From: Lingula anatina
Taxonomy: Eukaryota > Animalia > Brachiopoda
Length of the DNA stretch: 64,000 nt
Reading direction: 5' to 3'
Assembly (NCBI GenBank): GCA_051362555.1
Contig: CM120641.1
Coordinates: forward strand, 44,646,401-44,710,400
Below the pieces are notes generated by a model. That model searched no databases. It saw nothing but the letters and a program-made list of their open reading frames with translations, and was not told where the DNA came from. Position numbers and translations under genes: made by a program. Positions 1 through 13,700 of this stretch are shown here, in pieces (positions within the stretch are counted from its first letter, which is position 1; every line of letters begins with the position of its first letter).

Positions 1-2852
1 ATAAAGTCATTTTAGCTATGATAAGAGTTTTAGCTCATTTTCATCATGCCATCGCCAAAGAGTTGAGAAACATATGCTTCTTATCTGATGACTCAAGTAC
101 AACAGTTTAGGAAAATGGGTGTGATCTTATGTATTAATAAGATAACATATGTTTTGCAGTCCTCCATATACAAGATACAAGAGATCCATAGATTCGTATC
201 CATAGATTGTATATCTATTCATAATTTATAATTGTATGTGACTAAGTGGCTTAAAATCTGCCTGGATTCCAATCTGGCTTGGAACATATATACCTTAATC
301 TACAGAAATAATAATTGCAAAATTAACCCTTATTTTGAAAATTAAAAAAAGAAAAGAAAAGAAAATATCCTAATTGGTTCAGAGCCTTTATAAAAAATCA
401 CTAATGGTCTTCCTTCTGCGTTCGGTATTAATTCCCTTGTTGTCTTTGCAGTTTTTAAATGTCTGTCATTAGGGGCAGTTTCCATCCTACTCACAAACTT
501 TTTAATTTTTTCCCAAGCAAATGTAGGCTTTTATTTTTTGGGGGTAGTGGTCAATTTTTATGTAGCTTTGAAATTTCAGCTGTATCCCTTTTTCATACCT
601 TGGACATAATTTTTATGTCAAAGTTCATACGAAGTCATGAACTTATTTTCTTCTTACTACTTTTAAAGTTAACACAACGACGATTTTACAGTGCAATTTA
701 TTCCCGATATTGTATATTTTACATAAACATAAATATTTATCTTTAAAAGATCTATAAATAGATCTTTATCTTAAGTCTGTGTTGCAAACTTGGCAACGGC
801 TTTAATGCTCAACAACAGTTTGCTGATTGCTGTAGTTGAGACATCGCAGCACAATTGGCCCTTCTCTGCTTTTCAGCTATGGGAAGAAATACTTCACAGT
901 ATCAAGCATAGCCATGCTTTCTACAAGAATGAAATAAGTAACACTTAAAGGAAAACAAAGATATACCGTTTCTCTTTCTCCTTAAGTGCAGAACTTAAGA
1001 GTCTGGAACCTTCTTGGGACGAAATTTTACCTCTAAAAAGACTCGGTTGCTGTTAATTTGTTGCTTTTCAAAGTAGCTGCAATCGGCTTAATTTAATCTA
1101 ATTGTCTTCAAAATTACTGAAATTGCTTTACGTGCTAAAAAATTATATTTGTGGATAAACGAAATGAAAATGCAGTCAAGAAATACAAATCGGTTGAATT
1201 TTTTGTGCCAGATTTACTGTACGGAATGGTTTTTGTAGCATTTAAACCAACTATCTCGACTCATGATTATAGAGAAAAATCATTATGCATGCAAATTTGA
1301 AATATTAAAAACAAACTCGATATGCAAATAAGTAGTTTCGCTTAATAAGTTCATCATTCACCAGCCACCGGAAGGACAGAAGTTTTGTCGTGATTGTAGA
1401 TCCCTCATTTTTACATTCTGTTTGCCCTTTAGAATGAGATTAATAAAATGTGCAGTGCACTTAAGATCGCAGGGGATTCCGATGAAAGTTGTTTATGGAA
1501 TAAAATTCAAAATATCTGAGCAAATTATACTGACGATGTTTTCTTCACAAACGATGTACATTTATTAATACTAATTCACCAGACTTTTTAATTTGAAAAT
1601 GTAATATTTAGTCTTGAGGTGCATTCTCATCTGAAATAATAGAGATAACATTCCAATTTCGTTTTGTGAATTTTATCACCGAATGCTACAAAGTTTATAT
1701 AAATGATTTCTAATTTTTAAATTATAATTTAAAAATATCAGAATAATACGTAGATGAACAAAACTGAATAAACAGTGTATAAAAGCGTGTATATCGTTTA
1801 CAGTCTACTGGACGCGAACTGCAAAAGAGACAAGGACATTTTACTTTTTACTGTCTTTTTTTTTTCGATTTCACACGCCTAGTCGCTCTTTTTTCCTTAT
1901 TGAAAGTGACCACTCGTCTGGGCTCTTTTTACTATTTATTCTACTGTACAATACAAAACAAGTAAAAGCTATTAGGAAAATGTTATTTACTTTTGTCAGG
2001 TATGGTTGGCAAGCAAAAAATGAGAAATTTCCCTAAAAAAATATAAAGACAGTAAAAACTTGTGTTGAAATACCGTGTGTGGTATTTTCTAAACCGCAAA
2101 ATTATACATGTCCGCTTTAATGATAAGATTTGAGGTGACAATAAATGGAAATAAAAATATTGATATACCTTATATACAAAACAACAAAGATTGAAAAGAA
2201 CAGAATGGCAGAACGCACAGAGGGAAGAAACGCGTCTTTTGGGTCTCACTTTCGCTTATTTGACGGCATGTAAGTCTTTTCTGCAACTATTGAGCTTTTC
2301 TAAAATTGAGCGTTTGCAAAACAAAGAAAGGCCTCTTTATCGTGGAACATGATGTTAATTCCCCAATTCAGACCATCTTTTAAACAAAGGCCACGCCATC
2401 TGCGCTCACCGAGGCTGTCGTCAAACGCCCTGTCAACTGTCAGAACCTAAATTGATTTCGGGGGCAAGCACCGGGTTGTAATCTCCACTTATCACAACCG
2501 TTTATCTTCACGATGACTGTGTATGACGTGGCTTCACAATGCGACGCTATGACCAACACGGAACAGAGGGGGTTTCGATGATTGAGATTCGAGGCAGTAC
2601 AAGGAAGAGATAGCGTTTCATTGCTTAGTAAGTGAAGACGTCACTTAGAGAAGAATGTGGATAAAATACTTTCATCTTGATAGCATCAGTGTTGTCAATG
2701 GTTTGCACTTATATCTCAAAACCTCCATGGATTTTTCCCAACTGTTTTTTTTTTTTTTTTTTTTTTCTGAATGGAACTTTTAGTTATATCTGAGATTCCT
2801 TTATTAACATATTGATGATAAAATTATTTCCACGTCCCTGTCCACATTTAGT

Positions 2853-2875
2853 CTCTCTCTCTCGCCCCCCCTCTT

Positions 2876-2939
<64 letters not shown>

Positions 2940-2952
2940 CGTGTGTGTGTGT
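2853..2952. repeat. Compound (CT)n(GT)n microsatellite
   Basis: Direct reading. Confidence 0.95.
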
Positions 2953-5055
2953 AACTTTTTAATATAAATATAAGTAAGAAAAGTAAATTTGCAGTTGTAG
3001 TAACAAGCAAATTTGACATTGACGTATTTTTTGTTTTAGCCGGCAGACACCATTCTCGCTAGAACACGCCTCCAAAACTATTGCTACATAAACAGAGCTT
3101 GATCTGTGTTATATCACGCTCACTTCCTACCCCATAAAAGCTATGAATCTGAAACCTGTAAAAGGCAGCCATTTAGATCTTTTTCATAATAAAAAAGACC
3201 CTGAGATCCTATTTCAATTATCTATCCACCTTACCTGTGCACCGTTCCTTCCACGCCATCCCTCTCTCACCAGATATTGGACTCTAGGATTATCTCTTTT
3301 TATTAGTTCTAACTTGACTTGAGATTAAATGATAAAATATTTCCATGGATGTCCGATCAAGAGGATTATGAGCTTGAACTTCGTAGTTCATTCTCCTACC
3401 ATTTAATTATATTACATTTGCTAAGATTATTACATCTGAACAATTTCTGTCTTATCGTGAAACTCTTTCTGTAAACACAATTACCTGTAGTAACGAGATT
3501 TGTTTTCACAAACAGTCTTTTTTAATCACTTTCTTAAATTTTAAATAGTTTACATCTTAAACGTGGGATCATTTAGTGGATGGCTTCATAGGACCTAGAT
3601 TGCAACGTTCGCCCTTTGTTTTACATATATTGATGCGTCTTGCAAGTCAATGAATCCCTTTCTGTAAATCCATTAAAGCAGGTTACTTAATCTTAACTTT
3701 AACACTTTTTGCAATTTATCCAAGTTAATAGACTGATATCTCCTTTGTGTTTACTTCGGTGATTAAAGGATCCAATGCAACTGAAATATGCTGAAACAAA
3801 TTTAAGACGTTTAAATTGTCACAATAAATGTGTTCGAGCGCTAGCACGTGCACTTAAGAAGAAACACACTCGAACGTTTTTAACCAGAAACAAACCAGTT
3901 ATCGGCTTGACAAGCCAGACCAAATCTGCTAACTACTTAAGAGCAAGAACACATCGTTTAACGACAAAAACTCATCGAAAAAACAGCAAAAATTGAAGTA
4001 AAAAACAATAAAGATGGCACAAAAACCACACACAAATAGACTCGGCGGCATCACTTCTCACAAATATTTTGATGCTTGTACCCTGCGTTTCACAGATCCT
4101 TGGGAACTTCTGTGTATTATTAGTATGCCCATGTCGTTTTCAGTATGAAAGTCTGAAACGCAGTGCCTCCGCTACCCCCCCCCCCTTCCACACACACACA
4201 CACACACACACCTCCCAGTTTACGCGTAACGAAAGCGATAACGGACTGCCATGGCGAAAGACGGTACGTTGCACTGGGTACGGTTTTTAAAAACGAACTT
4301 AAAGCCTAACGTTGGTCTTAACTGTGAATCCGAACATTCTGTCTAATTTAAAGAAAGATAAATCCGCAGTAATCCATTAACATTAAGCATTAAGTTACTG
4401 TCAGAGGATTCACCCATTTTTTCATAAAGCAAACCCACTATTACGTTTTATTTACTACTGCATATTTTTCATGGGCCAAACTAGACTAGAATTTTGGTCT
4501 TGACATTAAGACCACCAATCAGTTAAAAGCTGTGTTGTGAACCTGGCCCCGGTCTATAGTGAGAAGGTTATCTCTAAAGACAGGTGCACCAGGCCTCGGG
4601 ATATTCGGGGGTGGAACGCGACGCAAACTATCGCCCCCGGCGAGAGCCTGATGGTGCTCCGTTCTGTGACACCTCTAACTCGTACCCATCGCTCCCGTCC
4701 CCTCTCTCTATATAGTTCTGACAGATGTGTCATATTTACGGCTATCATCCTTCGTTTATCAGTGATTTATATATACATTTATATATACATTCATATATAT
4801 GTACATCATGTATTTATATCCCACGCCACATTCCATAATATCTATAGAGAGACCATGTGACTTCATCTTTTTGTCAACCTCGGTGCATATAGAACATTTT
4901 ACTTTGAAAAAAGATAGGGCCTTCGGCAGCCTATGTAAAAAGCTCAATTTGATTGAATTGCCCCTTGTTATCGCACCTGGTGGATGCAGTAATGAGAGGT
5001 GGGTGAAAGAAGTGTGACCTCCAGCTAGAAATATTTTCAACAATTTTCTCAATTC

Positions 5056-5056
<1 letters not shown>

Positions 5057-5120
<64 letters not shown>
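5057..5120. repeat. Poly-A followed by (TA)n
   Basis: Direct reading. Confidence 0.95.
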
Positions 5121-5123
<3 letters not shown>

Positions 5124-7750
5124 TAAAGAAGCATCCAATTTACGTCCAAGCATTCGTGTAGGCATCGGCCCCCGCGTTGTATTTTGTTTAAAAAAATACC
5201 CTCCCTTCCTCTCAAAGGAAATTACCCTTTTAAATCTGGCTGTGGAATTTATCTATCGCTTTATCGATATTTGAGTAATTGATCTGTGAACACACATTGA
5301 TCAAATATCATATTTCCAGCAATCACATGGACGTTAATCATCTTGCAATTGCTGATAGTGTTTTTTTCTGTACCTTAAACGTGTAATAGTGCTGGTAGTT
5401 CTAGGGAGGGGGGTGCACGCGCCGTGACATTGTGCGTGCAGTAGGCAAACTTAACCCACCCTACTAACTCCTGTGACTATGACAATACAGCAGTTACCCA
5501 GTCATGACCAATTAAAAATTGTCACCCGAACATTTTCGTTGATAAGAAGTGGGAATCCATGCAGCCGAGTTAAACACTGCATGTGGACTTTGTCTATTTT
5601 CTGGCTGTTCTGTCAAAGTTCTGTCGTCATGTGAATGATCATCTGCCCGGGTGACGATACGTGGCATCACAGGAGAGCCTTTGATATGCCGACAACGTGA
5701 CACCATGACGATCTGACTCATCACCCTCCCTGAGCCCGGCCCATGTATGCCTGGCTCACTGTTCACTTTAGGCGGCACAACTGAAAGACATACCTTTAAT
5801 CTTGTTTTAACATGGCAAGGCCAACGTACTGCGTGCTGAGGTCATTCTACGAGTAGCGACTCACTGTTAAAGACGTTTGCGTTATTTATTTATTTATTTA
5901 TTTATTTCGGTATTGGTATTTTTTTACAATGAATATTAGTGTACTATATAAATGTACATTTATGATAGAAACAATATCAGGTTGCCGGAGACCATATGTA
6001 TCCATACATATATACATACATAAACAATAGGAAAATACAGTGCAGTATACCAGTGTTTGCTAGGTTTAGGCTGGACTTCTATTCAGTTGTGATCACCAAC
6101 TAATGAAATCGTAGAAATATATGTTCACGCCGAAAGAAAAAGTAAAATGTACACATGCCATAGTAAAGGACGGAGTGTATCATGGAATAAATGCATGTAG
6201 CCTAGCTCTCCCACTGACTTCTGTGTTTAAACTTGGTTAGCGCGCTGAAGCCCGTTAACAGGTAAGATACAATGCACGACTGTTATCGACAGTATTGTTT
6301 CATTTTAGTGAAAGGAAATACGCACTCAGGTGATCCGAAGAATATTTCTATAGTTTTCCTCTTTTACATCAAAAGGAAGAAACCATTTGTAAGGGACAAA
6401 AATACCGTGAATCCTAATCGCACTTTATCTTCCTCATCGCTGAAATGTACACGGGAAACGTGAAGTGACAACCGTAAATAGTTAAAGATAGAATAAATAT
6501 TGTTACTTTACAGTATCCAGTTTTCTTTGTAATATTTGCATATCGTCTGCTCTATTCATGAGAATATTGAATCAAGACAACGCTAACGTTTGTTAAAAAG
6601 GGACATACAAGATGAAAACTATGCCTTGTTCTGTCATTGTACAACGCTCAGCCATGTTAAGAAACTGACATAATTGGTTTTTCAATTTGCGATAAAATAT
6701 TTCGTCTAATTTCAGCAGAAGCGACAAAAAGTAATTTCCAAATTGTGCTTCCCCATTGTCCAGCCTGTGGGGTGGCCCTGTTTTCTGTCGTCAGTCCACC
6801 TTGTTTAGGTAGGCTGTAAGACTGCGTTGTTTCGATACATCTATTATTCTCTCGTCCGCGCTCTCCGGCGCCCCACTCTAGGCCTAAGTGTTTGTTTTTA
6901 TCTTCCGTTGAAACTTCAATACACGGGTTTTGATTGCTTGAACAGACAAGTCTTTTTCAAGTGGTTTAGTCGCCTTTAGATGCGTGATGGCACAAAAGTT
7001 TCCTAACACCGATGTTGTCTTCTTAAATGAGATTAAAAACCGCGTCTACATAAATATGACAAGTTAGGTACAACTGTTAATTCTTAGGCAAACACGAAGA
7101 GTTTCCAATCGAATTAAGTTAATAAAAGAGGGTCGAACTACACCTTGCTTCTTCCTCTTGGGCATTTTTACTCAAAGTTTTGAATAGGAAAGAAAAGAAG
7201 CCATTTCTTTAAAGTTAAACCGAATTGTCCCATTTACAAGCAGCGCTATGGGGCTCGCGAGGGGTCCTCGACGCGCGACACCAGAAAAATACCACGCGTA
7301 TTTTGGTAACAGAATATTCCCAAGTAAATACAAGGATGACATGGAAGTAAAGCAATGCCCACACAATATTATCTGATGCACCCTTGTAATGTTTATCTAG
7401 TAGGATGATTAAATGGTGGTCGACCAAGCGTCACCTCGTGCAGCCATAGGTGCCTTTCCCCCCTCACAGGTTTAAAACACCATCCGGTTATTTGGCGCAG
7501 GCAGTCTGTCGGGCGAGCTAGTGCAGTCAGTTAACCAGATTAAGAACGATAGGGACTGGGGGACAAAATGGACTTTTCGAAGGGATTCATTTGAGGACTT
7601 ATAAAGCCACCGCATAGCTTCTCAATGAGTTATTTTACGACGACAAAGTTGGAGTCCAGATACGGTCACAGTGCTCCGACCATTACTTATTTATTTTATT
7701 TATTGGGAATAATTCACTTATTAACCAGTGACCCAGGCGGACAAACTGTA

Positions 7751-10700
7751 ATGGCATACCTGGATCACATAGCAGTTCAGCTGTGTATTTTTGTCACCAG
7801 TATTTTTCTGATCCGGACTACCACGACGCAAATGATCGCAGGTGAGTAAACTCGGCTACGGATTAGTATTTTTGTGTAGCGTTTAAAATTGGTGCACGTG
7901 TGGGGATGTTTTTGTTCCCCTTTGCCAAAGAAAACACGACCTAACTTTTTAGGCTGTCAAAAGAGTGGCACGCGTCTATTATTTTGAGGTGGAAAAAAAC
8001 TTGAAAACTCGAGGCACAATTCAATGGATTGTGTATATATTTAACTCTCTTTCTCCGTGACGGCCACTTGGCTGGCGAGGATGGGTGATAGATGTTCCCC
8101 GAGAGAGAGAGTCCCATCTCGGTCGACAGCGTCTGTACTACGGGGGGCCATGGACGCGTCACCTTGATGCTGTAATATTTGACATGTGCAGTTTTGCCCA
8201 TCTCGACAGTGCATTAGTCTTGCCTTCAAGCCTTAAAAGCGACCCCTTTAATGGAGAAATATCGTTTGCCTTCAGCTACTTAGCGACTTTTAAAGAGACA
8301 GCAAACTGGACTGTCACCTCCAGCTGGTAAAAATACCTGAAAAGAATCCAACCGAGGGAAGATAGGTAAAATAGAAAAAATATTGTTGGCGCGCAGCGAG
8401 CTTTGTCCCGAGTCGTCAGTTGCACCTGTACGGTAAAGAGAGATCGCTTAACTATCATGTATGGGGGATGAACATGTGGTAGACATAAGAACACGATTCA
8501 GACGTGCTTGCGTTACACAAACCGAGCACAGAATGACACAACGTCCAATTGCTACATGGGGAAGTTGCAATGATCGCCAATGAGCGAATTAATGGGCCCC
8601 TATTCTATGTGGAGGATCTATTTCACTGCCCCTGTCACCTTCAACGTTTTACCATTTCTTTCCGTGACAAGGCAGCCATAAAGTAAAATTCACAAACTGT
8701 CGTTTACCCGGTTATTTATTATCATCTTTGTCCGTAATTACGCCCGGGGTGCTATTAAGTTACCCACTAAACCAGAGGTAAAATATTTTTGAATAAAAAA
8801 GTAAGGGGTCTGGTTACCATTGGGGTGCAGGTAGATCAAGAGAGCGGGCCCGGTCGTATTCAATCAGAGTATTAAGAATACCGAAGCGTGCTGTCCCTTC
8901 GTCTCCCCCCCCTTCCAGTTAGTCACAATCAGACCAGGCGTATACAATGCATACCACGCACTTTATATATATACATATATGTGTGCTGGCAGAGATACTA
9001 AGGTAAATTCCAGCGTAACAACATCAGAACGATAATATCAGACGGTCTCATCAGCCCCTAACTCACGCGGTCTACCATATAAATCACAGAAGCATCGAGC
9101 CTGATAACATTTAGGCCTTCTAGCCGCCATGCTCGATCTTCCCCCCGGTTGCACTTGATGATTTACTTAATGGACTGATTGGTCCACCACGCTCTTGATA
9201 TACCAGCAAGTACCCTACAAATTGCCACTTTGAATGTGGCAAAGGTCAAAGACTAAACCACGAGAAGCTAAATATCCCGTTCCTTTTATGACGGCCCCAG
9301 CGGCTTGGTCAAATATTTAGAGTGCATTACATCGTCAATGTTTATGCCTATTTTGAGTAAACTGCATGTATGTTGCAATATCATTCCTCAAAGCTATTTG
9401 TTTATATCAGGCTCCAGTTTAGCGTGCGAGAATGAAGGAGAAGAAGTCATAGTAAAAGGAATTTCTACGGACCCGTGCATCAAATGCGTGTGTAAGGTAA
9501 GTCGACAAGTGTCATTTTTAATAAAGAAACTTTAAAATCGGAGAAAAAAAGTGGGCAGTTCTTTTCAAGTGAAATTACTCATTTTTTATTCAATGGTTGT
9601 TTGCTATACCTTTTAGTAGGATGAAAGAAAAAAGAACAGTTGTGGAAAACAAGTGAAGGTTTAAACTATCACACGCAAATTACACATTTAGTCTTCTCTG
9701 GCCTTCACTTGCCCCCATTTTAGCATTGCATGACATCTCTTGCTTTTCCCGCGCGGGGAAATATATAATGAAACAATCTCTAACCTTTCGGGGGCCGGTG
9801 TTAAATGCGTGAAATTGTCCTCATTTAATACGTATCATCTGCACATATTTTATTCCTCGTTTTAACTGGCAATTTACGTCCATTTTCCACCACCTTGTAA
9901 TTTGTTTTGCCCATTGTGCTTTAATGGTCGGGTTTAGTGAAAAGAACACACAGTTTTTCACCCCATATCTCAGCCACGGCGTTGTATCACAGCAAATCTC
10001 AAGTGTTCGGAATCTATTGTGAGCCCCAAGGGATTAGATCGTCGCGTGCCAGTAATTCACGCCTAGTGGTGAAGAGCCGCGCACTATCTTTACACCGTTA
10101 ATTGAATGTTCAGGTGAAGAGAGAGCTTGTTAAGGATAAGAAATAGGGGGTGGGGGTGACTTCACGGGTTACTTGGCGCAGGAGGAGGCAAGAGGTTATT
10201 AGCGCATCTCTTATTGCGTCTAATTTGTGCTCTCGCCTTTTGGTTGTTATGCTTTCTAGGTATAACTTCTGTCTGTAGCGTAGACACAGACCGTTGCGTC
10301 GAGCACTATGTGTGTGACAGTATTGTTTCTCCCGTTCGCTTATCACTGGCGACCCGCGGGAGTTTCGGGGCCCTTGGATAATGTCCCTTGTTTGGCTCCC
10401 AGTGTCGCATAGGGGGGCAAGTTAACAACCTAGACGGACTGTCTACAACGGGACAGATATCAGTTCATGATAAATGCGATCATGCCTGGGCTAAGATAAT
10501 GGGGAAAGTCTAGTAAGGTGTGGTAATGGTCGACAATATAAACTGCCGATTCACAGTTTTAAGTCTGGAAATTGGCACACGTATTGTGTTTGATATATGT
10601 GTAGGGAGATACATAGACAGACATACATAAAGCTTATGATGTAAAACACGTGCTAAATGTTTTCTTTATTTAAATTTCCAAAGGCGATTTCTATACAGGC

Positions 10701-13700
10701 GATCAATTTTCCCAATTTACAAGGCCTCTCGGGCCCGTGTATTTCGCTGATCTAACAATCGAATACAATCGCTGAGAACATACGCGTAGCTTTGTCAGCA
10801 CATCGTGTTTGTAGAATGAAGCACACTTGTAACTTCTTTTAATCAAACACGGGGAAATCCTTGCCGCTAGCGATTATAAATACCCCTGAAAGGCCGAGGC
10901 ACAATTCCCTGGGTAGCAGTCAGCCGACGGGTCGTAATGTTGTATTTTTTGCTTTGTTGATAATGTCCAGAGAAGTGTTGACCGTTTATTGAGTGGTCAG
11001 CCGAGGTGGGAATGTGGTCATTGTATTGCGAACACTGGGACACTTTCCATCTCCGCATTTGTTTGACTAAGCGATACTAATTCCTGAACTGAATTTACCG
11101 TGTGTATGTTAACTTATGAGATTTAGAGAAGATGTAGTCAATTTTATGGCCTTTATTAGGCCCAAGTAATTACTTTACGAAGGTAAAGAAAACATCTTGC
11201 CGGAATCTAATTTATAATCAAAATTATTAATCGCATGTCTGAAATAGGTGTATTATTTTTTGTCCCGTAGAGGTCGGAAGCAGGTAGATTATTTATGTTG
11301 CCAATTTAATCTCAATTAAAATGAAATAGGCAGTTCTTAAAGACAATACTCCTCCGACAGAAATTGCCCACAGCATGCACATTGGTTATTTAGAAAATAT
11401 TTATGTAAACTAGTGGTTCAGACGCCTTTCATTTTCTTCCCAATCCAGAGAGTATATATGAACAAAAGAGGCCCCGCCAAAGCGGTCGGGAGTAGCACTT
11501 CTGACTTTGTTCAAAGTGTTTTACGAAAATAAATAATTTGAATGAATAATTAAGAAAGGAAGCAATATCAGAAAACGTACTCAATAAACCGGATAGTTTT
11601 GTGACTTCTTGCTCAAGTCCTTAATTTTTTTTACTCTTAGTAGGAATAATTCTTATTGGAGTTGACAGAAAGCATTCATAAACCCTCTAATAGAATTACA
11701 CAAAAATTCATCGGGTTTTTTTAAATTCTTACATATCCAGTCGGTAAGGATGTTGTAACTGTGAACCGCTTCAAGTCGAATTTTCAAACAAGTCTGTCAA
11801 ACACAAAACGGAACAGATGTTGCAGCTAAGCGGTGTAACAGCAGTAACTTTTCCCAAATCAGCATGGATTCGGATAAAAATTCTTCTCGTCTCTTATCAC
11901 GCGTAATGGCCATTTTTTTGATGGAGCGCTTCCTTTTCAACCTTTGAAAACCGAAGTGGTTGAGAAAATTGTAAGGCACGGGGATGTTTTACGGTGCGCA
12001 TAAGGACTCCAGACACACAAGGTTGTACTTCAGGAATTTATAGCAGTCTAGATGAATAAAAAAGACAGAAAACTAGCTGTCTGGACAGTACAGGAGCGTG
12101 AGCAGAGTGCTTCCTCACACATCTCACTAAATTTTGTTCTATGTACGCTACAGGCCGTATCGGTGCACCGAGCACAGTTTCTTTTATTACACAGTAGCAT
12201 CACCGGACAGTGGTCATCAAGTTTAACAGCAGGCAAAATTTGCTCGATTTTTCCTCTGAGCTCCGAATTCGCCTCTATAGTAGAGGGCAATAGGATTTTC
12301 CGGGCGACTTGACCATGCGCCGGCGACAGCTACGTGTTGGCACAACCTATGGAAATAAGTCGCGATCGTATGGCTCGGGTGACATAATGCACGAGGACTG
12401 ATGCAGTGGAGAGAAAGACCACTACCTTGTTTCTTTCATCTTCATAATAACCTTTCATTATGGTCAAAGAATTGATTATGAGCGGTGCAATTATCGGGAA
12501 ATTACTCCCCGAGTTTTCTTGCCCGGTCGAGTGAAAGGCGGCTGTCATAGCGCGGTTGATGCCTCTAAAAACATAGTAATGTGGAAAGACAGGGACAAGC
12601 TCCTTGACAGTGAGTGCATTGTTCCTGTCATTATTCTCCCACCGCAAACAACGTGCTGCTACTTAACGAGTTATTTATTAATGTAATATAAAATTAATAA
12701 AATCGTACGGCACCATAATTGCAATAAAATGAAGCCGGTCTGTAGCCGGAGGGGGAAACTGGGACATCGTGGGAGATTCTTTGTCTGACACTAGCAATTT
12801 GGCTTCCCCTGGAGTCACCATTCTACCTGCCTGAAAGTTTGGTTTTTACCTAATCTTCAACGCAGCGAAAATCCAAACACGCCACAAAAGCGAGTCGATT
12901 TCTCATTGCAGTAAATTGGGTAACAGTGAGTTGACTACAGGCCGGCCGGCGATGCCCTGCGTCCACTCGGCCACCTAAACTTCCCGTCAACAAAAGGCCT
13001 TGTTTTCTTTACGATTGCACAAAATTTGTTTTCACTCACAATCTCGTTACGCGAAAAAGCAACAGTATTTATTTGATCTTTGCCCGCTTTTTGTATCATT
13101 ACACATAGTGATTTTCTTGACTTTTACCCATGTAGCCAAACTCGGTCACGGAGATTAGTTTAGATTTGTGATGGTAATAACAGGGGGATAATAATTTCTC
13201 ACTGCATAACATAATCTTAGGACTATGTAACAAATGGCGACTTTATTTAGAGAGAAATTGGTGTATTTGTCCTTCTTTCACGGCCCCTATTTCCTCTTGC
13301 ATTGCCATAATTCGCAGGCGCCACAGATTAATTGGACAACAAAGTTATTTGCAGACCAAAACAGCCGGTAATAGACAGTCCTCATTTCCAAAATTTAGCT
13401 GCATGAGACAAAGATTGGGTGATAAAGCTTGACTTCTAAAAAAAGTCCTTCTCTAACCCCCTCCATCTCGTAAGGATGACACAAAAAATAAATAAAATAA
13501 AAACGTCCACATTCAATATTTATCCAGGTGTTATCAATAAAACCACGCCTGATATCAAATAGAATTAAAAGTCGAAAAAAAAAAAAGAAATACCCAAAGA
13601 TGAGCAGAGGAACAATTTTGGCTCAGCAAAACAGAATCTAATTCTGTAATTACTAAATTAGTAGACCGTATTATTAAGAAGCTTTTAAAAGCATCGTCAT

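Noticed and set aside
7494-7508. GGCGCAGGCAGTCTG as a BMP response element near the BMPER start
   Set aside because: Spacing and sixth base do not fit GRCGNC-N5-GTCT; too weak without conservation data.
1-7700. Short ORFs in the upstream region
   Set aside because: Low-complexity or microsatellite-derived translations, no recognisable domains or consistent exon chain; treated as BMPER upstream non-coding DNA.
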